Source of the DNA: Candidatus Micrarchaeota archaeon
GTDB taxonomy: Archaea > Iainarchaeota > Iainarchaeia > Iainarchaeales > JAGVWC01
NCBI GenBank assembly: GCA_043803815.1
Contig: JAZDJR010000029.1
Location: 7,979 to 71,978, forward strand
DNA length: 64,000 nucleotides
Reading direction: 5' to 3'
A program made the translations under genes and the position numbers. A model generated the notes under the pieces. That model saw only the letters and a program-made list of their open reading frames with translations, did no database searches and had not been told where the DNA came from. Below are positions 1-8,642 of this stretch, in pieces. Numbering within the stretch: the first letter of the stretch is position 1; each line of letters opens with the position of its first letter.

Positions 1-485
1 AACCGATGGCGGAATTGACGACTGTTCGTTCGTGATGCTTGGCAAATTTTTGTTCTTTGCGTTTCCGCATCAATAATTCGTGCTGCCGTTTTTTATTCAC
101 GGAAACCCCTTTATGCGATTTTGGAGCTGGATGCTGGCCGGACACAAGAATCAATTTCAAATGATTGTCTTTTGCTGCTTAAAAAACCTTGGACCAAACA
201 GTTTTTGAAAAAATCGCTATAGTTTTGGTAGTTTTGAAAACCTATTTAAACAGTTTTATCGAAAATTAAAGAATCGAATTGGGAGTTAAGGGGTAAGCTA
301 CACCGCCGTTCCGATTTTTGGGGGAAGTTTTTTGATAAAACTTTTTTCCAAAAAGTTTTTTGGACTGTTCTTGGCAAAGGAGAATAGAGACGGTTCCCTG
401 GCTTACCTTTTTTATTTATAGAATAAAAACCGGCGGCTGACCGACATTAAAAATTCCGCTTTTTTTTCGCCGAAAAACTCTTTGT

Positions 486-2015
486 TTAGGGTTTGATGTA
501 TTCTCGTATTACCCATGCTCCGAGCAGCAGGGTGATGATGGTTAGTATGGCGGCGGGTGTGTCGATGAGATTGGTGGGTTGGTTGATGATTTGGAGCTGT
601 TTTTGGGTGCAGGTTTTGTCAATGCATTCTTTTCCGAATCCGCAGGCGGTTCCGTTGAGTGCGGGTATTTGATAGCAGTTTTTGCTGATGCATCGTCCGA
701 TGATGCAGGTGTTGTCTGTGCATTCGTTGTTGTTTTTGCAGCCGAGTGTTTGGATTTCGCTGGCGGTGGTTTGGGTGAATTGGTTGATGATGGGAAATGA
801 GAATAGGCTGGCTTGTTCGGTGGTGAGTTGTTTGGGTAGGTAATAGATGATGGTGGTTCCTGTTTTTTCGAGGAAGGGTATTCTAAACTCAATTATTGGG
901 TCTGGGTTGATGATGTTGATGGGTGTTAAAGCGGTGATTTCGTTTGCGCTGCCGGCGATTTGTTTGTTTATTTGTTCAATTAGGGTAAGGTTTTTCCAGA
1001 CGTTTTCACTTGTGGGATTGCAGTTTTGGATGTGCAGGTAGATGGCGGTTCTGGTTTTTGTGGTAAAGCTTTGGCTGGGATAATATTGTTCGATAACAAC
1101 GGTTCTTGTGATGCAGAAGTTTTGAAGGCTTGCGGTAATGGTTTCGATGCTGCTTTCGTAGCCGGCTTGTTTTAGTTGTTCGAGAATTTGGCTGGGTGTA
1201 GGTTGATTAGTTGCTTTGGAATAATCTATTGTGAGCAGGTTGGTTTGGCCGGTGACTTGTTCTTCGGCTGAGCCGCAGTCGACTGGGCAGTTGAGCTGGT
1301 TTTCGTTGAGGTTGTTTTCGCAGATGTTGTTGCCGCAGCCGAGTACGCAGTCTTGGGAGCACGTGGTTTGGTTTTCGTTGTGGGTGCAGGCGTGGTCGCC
1401 GCAGGTTGAGGTGCAGTCGGTTGGGCAGAATGCGGCATCTTCGTTGGGGTTGCATTTGTGGTCTCCGCAGTAAGTGGTTTCGGTTGCGGGTCCGATGGGT
1501 CGGCAATCGGTTGGGCAGTTGCCGATGGTTTCGTTTCCTGTGCATTTGTTGTCGCCGCAAACGCTGCAGTCGTTCGGGCAGGATAACAACGTTTCACCCG
1601 GATTGCACACCCTGTTTCCGCACGTGCTTAAGCAGTCCGCGGGGCACGAAGAATAATTTTCGCTTCCCGTGCAGCACCCGTCTCCGCAACTGGGATTGCA
1701 ATCCTGGGCACAGGAGCAATCCGTTTCGCTTCCCGTGCAGCAATAATCGCCGCAGGAAGCAGGGCAGTCCTGAGGGCAAGTGCAGGCGCTTTCCCTGTCG
1801 CAATCTCCTGGCTGATTAGGATTCAGCTCAGTACCTGCCCCCCCGGGTGTAGAAAGCCCGCTGTCGCAGACTCCGTTTCCGCAACAGAGTCTTTCCGGGA
1901 TTGGAGAATTTTCCTCTATTTTTTGGCCGCCAACCGGCATTCCGGCGGCCAGCACCAAAATAATCAGTCCGATAAGAACCAAAGCCGGTTTTTCCATATT
2001 ATTTTGTTCGTCCAT
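486..2015 (-). CDS. Cys-rich repeat cell-surface protein (signal peptide, tandem CGD/NxxC...E...CPxDC repeats, C-terminal TM anchor)
   Basis: N-terminal hydrophobic stretch, about 9 CG(D/N)xxC-x3-E-x4-CPxDC repeats, C-terminal TM helix; start set at MDEQNN to avoid overlap with the upstream gene. Confidence 0.8.
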   Translation of the reverse strand: MDEQNNMEKPALVLIGLIILVLAAGMPVGGQKIEENSPIPERLCCGNGVCDSGLSTPGGAGTELNPNQPGDCDRESACTCPQDCPASCGDYCCTGSETDCSCAQDCNPSCGDGCCTGSENYSSCPADCLSTCGNRVCNPGETLLSCPNDCSVCGDNKCTGNETIGNCPTDCRPIGPATETTYCGDHKCNPNEDAAFCPTDCTSTCGDHACTHNENQTTCSQDCVLGCGNNICENNLNENQLNCPVDCGSAEEQVTGQTNLLTIDYSKATNQPTPSQILEQLKQAGYESSIETITASLQNFCITRTVVIEQYYPSQSFTTKTRTAIYLHIQNCNPTSENVWKNLTLIEQINKQIAGSANEITALTPINIINPDPIIEFRIPFLEKTGTTIIYYLPKQLTTEQASLFSFPIINQFTQTTASEIQTLGCKNNNECTDNTCIIGRCISKNCYQIPALNGTACGFGKECIDKTCTQKQLQIINQPTNLIDTPAAILTIITLLLGAWVIREYIKP

Positions 2016-2034
2016 TTTCGGTTCTCCTTGGAAT

Positions 2035-2739
2035 TTACGGTGCATAAATATTATCGTAAAAACTTAAATCAATATCCGCGTTTTCGTCCAGCGGTTCGGG
2101 TGTGAAAATGTTCTGGCAGTCGACTTTGTTGTCCGCATTCGTAATCTGGTCGCACAAGGCGGGATTATCCGTCATTTCGGCAACGATTGCAATGCAGTTG
2201 TCCGCGCCATCCGTCGAAGGCATTTGGCGGCAAATCTGGTAATCGCTTTTTCCAATCGCGACCGCACGAATGCACTCGTTTTGCATTTGCGAATCCGAAA
2301 TCTTTTGGCACGGATTCAACTCCAAAAACTTTTTTCCGATATCATAATAGCATTGGTTTTTCGGCGCTTGGCCAAGGCTCGCGCATTTTTGGGTATCGTG
2401 GCTTTGCACGAACAAATTGCTTTGGCACCATTGCTTGAGGTCGCCGACGGAATTGCAAACCGAAATATCATTGGTTTTTTTGGCGACTTCAAACAGGCAA
2501 TCCGTTTTGTCGCTTCCGCTTGCTTTCGCGCAATCGTCTAGCGTCTGGAACTGGTCCAAATACGGGTCCTGCGCAAAAATCTGGCCAAACACATACTCGG
2601 TATTCTCGTCAATCGGATTATTGTCCTTATTGGCATCTAAGGCAACAGCCGGAGCGGGCGGTTTAAACGGATTATACAGCCAAACAAAGCCGATAGCCAA
2701 AACCAGTATAACAACCGCGGCAATCATCCATTTTTTCAT
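2035..2739 (-). CDS. Membrane-anchored protein with paired-Cys helical repeats
   Basis: N-terminal signal/TM (MKKWMIAAVVILVLAIGFVW), repeated C-x9-10-C units. Confidence 0.75.
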   Translation of the reverse strand: MKKWMIAAVVILVLAIGFVWLYNPFKPPAPAVALDANKDNNPIDENTEYVFGQIFAQDPYLDQFQTLDDCAKASGSDKTDCLFEVAKKTNDISVCNSVGDLKQWCQSNLFVQSHDTQKCASLGQAPKNQCYYDIGKKFLELNPCQKISDSQMQNECIRAVAIGKSDYQICRQMPSTDGADNCIAIVAEMTDNPALCDQITNADNKVDCQNIFTPEPLDENADIDLSFYDNIYAP

Positions 2740-2829
2740 TTTTTAACCCAAAAACCCTTTTTTTTGGCCTTACTCGTGTTTATTTTAACGAAAGCGATGA
2801 ATAAAAGCATTTACCCCCTATTTTTTAGT

Positions 2830-3147
2830 AGCAGTAGTGGAAGGTTTGCTATCGCTTGGCCGAAAGGTTTCAAGTGAGGAAAGTCCGCCCACTTCAATTC
2901 AAAACCACTTCCGAAAGGATGTCCGCGAGAACAGAAACGGCACGGTTTCGACCGTGCGCACCGATATCGGGTACCTTCGGTACCCGTGGTGTGCATGACA
3001 AAACCGATGAAACGGCTTGCGGTTAAAATCCCGGTCACGCCGGGAGGAAGTGCAACACCCAAAGCCGGTGGCTTAGACGGATGCAAACAATCCCGTTTTT
3101 TACAAAAAACGGGACGAACAGAAGGCGGCTTACTCTCCACTGCTGCT
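2830..3147 (+). ncRNA. rnpB: RNase P RNA (archaeal)
   Basis: Universal motifs GAGGAAAGTCC and AACAGAAGGCGGCTTA; terminal helix AGCAGTAGTGGA/TCCACTGCTGCT. Confidence 0.93.
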
Positions 3148-3672
3148 CTTATTTTTTTGGCTATTTCTCCGCCGAGGCATTGGCGTAAAAGGGGTGAACT
3201 CGAATACAAGAACGAGCAAAAAGTACAGCACCGCCCAAATGGGATAAAAATTTTCTGGTTTGAAAATCAGGAAATATCCCATAGAAATAAACGCGCTCAG
3301 GACTAATGCAATCATGCAATTTATTGCCTGTTTTCCGCTGGCTAGGGTCGGTTTCGAGAATAATTTAATGACGCTTGTGGCGATTCCATATGCAAAAAGG
3401 CTGACGCTTCCGATGACACCCAGGCTAAAAATCGTGATAAATCCAAGCGGCACCACCGCCATGAGTGTCCCCTCCAGCCGGTTTCTTTCCATTCCCGCGC
3501 TTGCTAAAAAAACAAAAAAGGAAAAAAATTCAAATACCAGTATCCACTCGCCGTTTTCCAAGGCCCACTTGTCCTGAACCGCGAACAAATAAAGCATGAA
3601 GACATTGAAGAAAAAAAACGAGATTTTCGGGAAAAAAGGAATGACGGTTTCTATTTTGTCCCGGTTCTTCAC
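3130..3672 (-). CDS. Multi-pass membrane protein of unknown function
   Basis: About 5 hydrophobic segments; GTG start overlaps the alaS stop (GTGA). Confidence 0.65.
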   Translation of the reverse strand: MKNRDKIETVIPFFPKISFFFFNVFMLYLFAVQDKWALENGEWILVFEFFSFFVFLASAGMERNRLEGTLMAVVPLGFITIFSLGVIGSVSLFAYGIATSVIKLFSKPTLASGKQAINCMIALVLSAFISMGYFLIFKPENFYPIWAVLYFLLVLVFEFTPFTPMPRRRNSQKNKSSSGE

Positions 3673-5495
3673 GTTTTCGCTTCCAGAATCGCCTTGATTC
3701 TTCGGATTCCCGCGGCCGAGTTTTCTTCTTTTAAGATTTTGAAATGCCCGAGTTCTTTGGTATTGGAAACGTGGGGGCCTCCGCAGATTTCCCGCGAAAA
3801 CACTTCCTTGGTTTTCGGATTCCATACGCTGTACACCTTTACGGTATCGCCGTATTTTTCTCCGAACTCCGCCATGGCGCCAAGTTCTTTTGCTTTTTCA
3901 ATCGGCAAAATTTCCATTTTGACTTCAAGGCCGTCCGCGATTTTTTTGTTCACCAAATCTTCAACCGCTTTGACCTGCTCGAGGGTCATTTTGGACGGAT
4001 TGGGAAAATCAAATCGCAATCTTTCTTTGGTAATATTGCTTCCCCTTTGGTGTACGTGTTCTCCCAAAACTTTTCGCAAAGCCGCGTTCAAGAGATGCGT
4101 TGCGGTGTGCAGGCGGGTAACTTCGATGGAATGGTCCGCAAGTCCGCCGGAAAACCGCTGTTCCGCGCCTTTTTGCGAAAGCTTCTGATGTTTCTGTAAC
4201 CGTTTTTCAAAGTCCTGCGAATCCACTGATAGTCCCTGTTCTTCCGCGATTTCGACGGTCATTTCAAGCGGAAAGCCAAAGGACTGGTACAGGTCAAAAA
4301 CGATTTTCGAATCCAATCGCTTCAAATTATTTTTTTTGTGCAGTTCAATCTGCTGGTTCAGCAAAGCAGTCCCTTTTTCGAGCGTTTGCCGAAAGCGCGT
4401 TTCCTCTTTTTCGAGTTCTTCCAAAACGCGGCCTGAATTCTTTTTAAGTTCGGGATAAATTTTTGCAAAGCGTTTAAGAACGGTTTTGGCTATTGGACAG
4501 CAAAAATTGTTTTCGATTCCAAGCATCTTTCCGTGGCGAACCGCGCGGCGGATTAACCTTCGGAGAACGTATCCCTGGTCGGTGTTCGAGGGCAAAACCG
4601 CGTGCTCGTCCCCCAAAATGAACACCACGGAGCGGATGTGGTCTGTTACGATTCTTTGCGAGCGCAAGGCGGCGGAACCTTTGGTTTTGGAAATTTTTTG
4701 CACCATTTCAAAAGTCGGTTTCAAAAGGTCGGTTTCGTACACGGAATCCTTTTTCTCCAGAATCGCAACCGTGCGTTCCAGTCCCATTCCCGTGTCCACG
4801 TTTTTTTGCTTCAACAATTCATACTGTCCACCCGCGTTTTTGTTGTACTGCATGAACACGTCGTTCCAGATTTCAACCATTCTTTCCTTGGCGCAAGCGT
4901 CCAAAAATTTTTCAGTTGGGGACTTTCCTTTCAATTCTCCAACGTTTTTTCCAGAATCGTAGAACATTTCCGAATCCGGTCCGCAGGGACCGGTGTGGCC
5001 CGCGGGTCCCCACCAGTTGTCGGCCTTGGGCAAAAAATGAATCCGTTCTTTTGGGATTCCGACCGTTTCCCAAACCTTGGCGCTTTCCAAATCGCGCGGC
5101 GCGTCCGAATCCCCCGTAAAACAGGTCACGTGAATCCGGTTCTTGTCAAGGCCAAGCCATTTTTTGCCAGTCAAAAATTCAAAGCTCATTTCCACGGCTT
5201 CTTTTTTGAAATAATCCCCCAAACTCCAGTTCCCCAGCATTTCAAAAAAAGTCAGGTGCCATTGGTCGCCGACCGACTCGATATCTCCCGTGCGGATGCA
5301 TTTTTGGAAATTCGCCAGGCACTTTCCGGCCGGATGCGTTTCCCCCATCAGAAAAGGAATTAACGGATGCATGCCCGCGGTCGTGAACAAAACCGTAGGG
5401 TCGTTTTCCGGAATCAAAGACGCGCTTGGAATAATCGCGTGTTTTTTTTCGCGGAAAAAATCCAGGTATTTTTGCCGCAAATCGTTTGATTGCAT
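3669..5495 (-). CDS. alaS: Alanine--tRNA ligase (short form, no C-Ala domain)
   Basis: LFTTAGM, FFEMLGN, GPCGPDSE, DTGMGLER, editing HTATH...EICGGPH motifs. Confidence 0.97.
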   Translation of the reverse strand: MQSNDLRQKYLDFFREKKHAIIPSASLIPENDPTVLFTTAGMHPLIPFLMGETHPAGKCLANFQKCIRTGDIESVGDQWHLTFFEMLGNWSLGDYFKKEAVEMSFEFLTGKKWLGLDKNRIHVTCFTGDSDAPRDLESAKVWETVGIPKERIHFLPKADNWWGPAGHTGPCGPDSEMFYDSGKNVGELKGKSPTEKFLDACAKERMVEIWNDVFMQYNKNAGGQYELLKQKNVDTGMGLERTVAILEKKDSVYETDLLKPTFEMVQKISKTKGSAALRSQRIVTDHIRSVVFILGDEHAVLPSNTDQGYVLRRLIRRAVRHGKMLGIENNFCCPIAKTVLKRFAKIYPELKKNSGRVLEELEKEETRFRQTLEKGTALLNQQIELHKKNNLKRLDSKIVFDLYQSFGFPLEMTVEIAEEQGLSVDSQDFEKRLQKHQKLSQKGAEQRFSGGLADHSIEVTRLHTATHLLNAALRKVLGEHVHQRGSNITKERLRFDFPNPSKMTLEQVKAVEDLVNKKIADGLEVKMEILPIEKAKELGAMAEFGEKYGDTVKVYSVWNPKTKEVFSREICGGPHVSNTKELGHFKILKEENSAAGIRRIKAILEAKT

Positions 5496-5533
5496 AGGAA
5501 AAAAACCTTGAAAATGCCTTAAAAACAGGGGGG

Positions 5534-7219
5534 TTAGTTTTTCTGGATCTCGATTTTTTGGACACCGTCAATCTGATTTAAACGGTCCACCAGCTTTTGG
5601 ATTTTTTGGTTAGAATACGCGGGAATGTTGAACTGCAAAAGGCCCGTCCGGTGATTGGAAGGATTGCTTAAAAACGCCGCAAGATTGATTTTTTCTTTGG
5701 AAAACGCGCTTGTAGTCTGAAGCAGGCTTCCGATGCGGTCCGAAATCCATACTTTGACATCCACGCTGCGCTGCTTTTGAAACCGTTTTTTGCTCAAGAC
5801 CGCCTCGATGTGCTTTTTGGTTGCGATTGTTTTGGCGAGGGAAAGCCATTGATGGTTGGCCTGCACGATTTTGGAGGGAACAATTTCGACGATATCGCCC
5901 GACGACAAGAGGTGGTGCAATGGAACAAAATGGCCGTTGACTTTGGCGCGCCAGGTGTGCCTTCCCAAAATGGGGTTGATTTTAAACGCAAAATCAATCG
6001 GCGTCGAGCCATACTGCAATTCGATGATGTCTCCTTTCGGAGTGAACACAAACACATTGATGGGCAAAACATCCAATGTCAAAAGCTCCATAAATTCGTC
6101 TGTTTCGGAAACAAACTCGGGCAATTTGAACAGCTTGTTCAGTTTTTTGAGCTGCTTGTTAAAACCGCCGTATGATTTTTTTTCCGAGTCTGTTATCGCG
6201 ACAAATCCTTTTCTGTTGACTTCGCACATTTTGCGGGTGGCAATATACACTTTAATTGGCCTGCCGTTTTCGCCAAGAACCGTGGTGTGCAATGCGCGAT
6301 ACAGGTTCATGTTAGGCATGGCAATGTAATCCTTGAACTTGTTGGGAACCGGCGGATACGCCAGATGAATGTCCCCCAGCATGTCGTAGCATTCGCGGTT
6401 GGTATTCACTTCAACGTTTAAAACTGCGCAATCGTACAACTCCGAAATTGGCTTTCCCGTTCGCTTAAGCTTTGAATAAACCGAAAAAATGCTTTTTTTG
6501 TAAACAAAAAAATCGGCCTTGATTTTGGATTTGGAACGCAGGCGACGGATAACCTGTTCAATCGAACGAATCACGGGTTTTCGATGCTCTTCGATTTTTT
6601 GCCTGAGTTTGGAAAACTTTTTGGGGTCCACAAACCGAAACGCCAAATCCTCCAGTTCGTGCATGACATCGTGCATGCCGAGCTTGTGCGCCAAAGGAAC
6701 ATATACCTGCAATGTTTCCGCGGCGATTCGAATCCGCTTTTCTTTTGGAAGATGCTGCAAGGTGCGCAAATTATGCAGTTTGTCCGCAAGCTTAATCACC
6801 ATGACGCGCAAATCGTAGGAAGCCGCAAGCATCATTCGCTGAATGTTTTTGGCATGCTTAAAACTCTCGTGGCCTTTTCGGCTGACAATATCCAATTTTG
6901 TTACCCCCAAAACCAAATCGGTTATGGTCGGCCCGAATTCTTTTTTCAAATCGCTTTCCGTCACGTTCGTATCTTCAATCACGTCATGCAATAAAGCCGC
7001 GGCCACGCAATCCGGGTCTGCGCCCATTTCCGCCAAAATAAAAGCCACATTCGCGGGATGAATCCAATACGGCTCATCGGATGCGCGTTTTTGATTTCCA
7101 TGAGCCTTGATTCCAAAAGCAAGCGCTTTGGACACCTTTTCAATGCGGGCTTTCGGGTGCTTTTTTTTAAGCAATAAAACAAGCTTTTTTTTGAAAAACG
7201 ACGGCGATGCCTTGGACAT
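5534..7219 (-). CDS. RelA/SpoT homolog (HD hydrolase, degenerate synthetase, TGS, ACT-like C-terminus)
   Basis: QKRASDEPYWIHP, LLHDVIEDT, KLADKLHNLRTL, KDYIA..N.Y.ALHTTV, VFTPKGD/TPIDFAF TGS motifs. Confidence 0.9.
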   Translation of the reverse strand: MSKASPSFFKKKLVLLLKKKHPKARIEKVSKALAFGIKAHGNQKRASDEPYWIHPANVAFILAEMGADPDCVAAALLHDVIEDTNVTESDLKKEFGPTITDLVLGVTKLDIVSRKGHESFKHAKNIQRMMLAASYDLRVMVIKLADKLHNLRTLQHLPKEKRIRIAAETLQVYVPLAHKLGMHDVMHELEDLAFRFVDPKKFSKLRQKIEEHRKPVIRSIEQVIRRLRSKSKIKADFFVYKKSIFSVYSKLKRTGKPISELYDCAVLNVEVNTNRECYDMLGDIHLAYPPVPNKFKDYIAMPNMNLYRALHTTVLGENGRPIKVYIATRKMCEVNRKGFVAITDSEKKSYGGFNKQLKKLNKLFKLPEFVSETDEFMELLTLDVLPINVFVFTPKGDIIELQYGSTPIDFAFKINPILGRHTWRAKVNGHFVPLHHLLSSGDIVEIVPSKIVQANHQWLSLAKTIATKKHIEAVLSKKRFQKQRSVDVKVWISDRIGSLLQTTSAFSKEKINLAAFLSNPSNHRTGLLQFNIPAYSNQKIQKLVDRLNQIDGVQKIEIQKN

Positions 7220-7420
7220 TATTATTTCATTGTCGGAATCTGTATTTATTCATTTGCCAAAAAACGCGGTTTAATCGTGCGAATCGGGTTTTACATTTCT
7301 TCCAAAACCAAAAAATCCGGTTGCCAAACGGTCTAAACCGCGCTAAAATTATACCCGATTCAGCCCGCGAAGCTCCGTGGTGAGGGAACCGGCGGGAGTA
7401 GCGGACGGTTCCTATTTTTT

Positions 7421-8074
7421 TTATTCCGATAATTTTGCGTTTTGGTCTCCGACAACGACTTGGTTAATTTTGTTCCAATAAAGCAAGGGCAAAATATATT
7501 CCGCTTCGGGGGGTGCCGCGCTTCCCAAAAACTTTTTGATTTCCTCGTCAAAAACCGCTTTTGAACGCTGGTTCGCTTCCAAAGCAGTATTCCCGCTTAA
7601 CAAGGAATGAATCACCTGGTTGGATGCCTTAAAAAACGGCCTTGCAAACTTGTCATTTAACGGAATCGCACTATTGGCGTGGTCAATCCAAAACGCAAAA
7701 TCGTCCTCATAACCGATAAAAGCGCGACATCCGTTTTGAACGGCGCTCGGCCCAAGACCGTCCGCGGACCGGCACGAACGCGAAAAAACAATTTTGTTTT
7801 TTAATAATCCGTCGTTTCGGTCTTTTTCAACCAACACTTCATTATTATGCCCAAAAACCGCGTTTTCGCTTCCGTGACCATTGAACAGCACCAGTTCGGG
7901 CAAATGGTTTTTCAGCATAGCTTCAACGGTTTTAGCGCTGGCTTTTTCGCGATGGCAATCTAATACTTGAAACCCTTTTTGTACGGCTTTGTCCAGCAGT
8001 TCTTTGGACCAAACCGACAAATAAAAAACCGTATCCTCGTGTTCGGGACGCGAAACCAAAAAATGCATAATCAC
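7421..8074 (-). CDS. Caspase-hemoglobinase (CHAT/C25-like) fold protease
   Basis: LVLFNGHG ... FSRSCRSA His/Cys dyad pattern, AFIGY motif. Confidence 0.65.
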   Translation of the reverse strand: MIMHFLVSRPEHEDTVFYLSVWSKELLDKAVQKGFQVLDCHREKASAKTVEAMLKNHLPELVLFNGHGSENAVFGHNNEVLVEKDRNDGLLKNKIVFSRSCRSADGLGPSAVQNGCRAFIGYEDDFAFWIDHANSAIPLNDKFARPFFKASNQVIHSLLSGNTALEANQRSKAVFDEEIKKFLGSAAPPEAEYILPLLYWNKINQVVVGDQNAKLSE

Positions 8075-8271
8075 GAATACTCTTTTGCCAAATTCCGAAG
8101 GTACGCCATTTGAATCTCGACAAACTTTTCGCCTAACGCGCTTCCTTTTTTTATTCCATCCAGTAACTCTTCCTTTGAAACCGCGCCGCGGCTTCCCAGC
8201 GACAATTTCATGTTGGAAGGCATGGTTTGCAATCGCGCCAGCACCAGTTTTTTTTCCTCTTCACTGCTCAT
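8071..8271 (-). CDS. Small hypothetical protein (66 aa)
   Basis: Compact ORF overlapping the protease start. Confidence 0.75.
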   Translation of the reverse strand: MSSEEEKKLVLARLQTMPSNMKLSLGSRGAVSKEELLDGIKKGSALGEKFVEIQMAYLRNLAKEYS

Positions 8272-8280
8272 AACTTTTAC

Positions 8281-8466
8281 CTACAGAATTTTGAGTTCTT
8301 CCAATTTTTTCAAAATTTCGCCGCCTTTTTTTGTCCCAGCATTGATTTCCAAAAACGCGACATTCCACGAAACCGGCTCGTTTCCCAAAACCAAAATAAC
8401 CTCTTTTCGAATATTAAGCGGCAAATTCGCATACAACCCCAAAAAACGCGCCTTCAAATCAACCAT
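8281..8466 (-). CDS. Small hypothetical protein (61 aa)
   Basis: Compact ORF, first gene of a three-gene operon, TATA-like sequence upstream. Confidence 0.75.
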   Translation of the reverse strand: MVDLKARFLGLYANLPLNIRKEVILVLGNEPVSWNVAFLEINAGTKKGGEILKKLEELKIL

Positions 8467-8642
8467 ACCAATCTTAATGCAAAATCCAATATTTTAAACT
8501 ATTCAAACCCGAAAAACCTTAAAAACCGGTTCAGGCCCGATTGCCGGTGAAAAAACCAATTATACGAAAAACAGCCCGTGTTGCGGCGGAAGTACGGACG
8601 GTTGATTAACCGAAAAAAATCGGAAACCAAACTGCTGTTGAA

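Noticed and set aside
1-100. Possible minus-strand gene start (VNKKRQHELLMRKRKE...) running off the window
   Set aside because: Too short to verify or assign.
2811-3306. ORFs of 132 aa (-) and 106 aa (+)
   Set aside because: They overlap the RNase P RNA gene and are spurious.
3669-5495. AlaRS shorter than the canonical enzyme, possible truncation
   Set aside because: Catalytic and editing domains are intact with a clean stop; short forms are known in reduced genomes.
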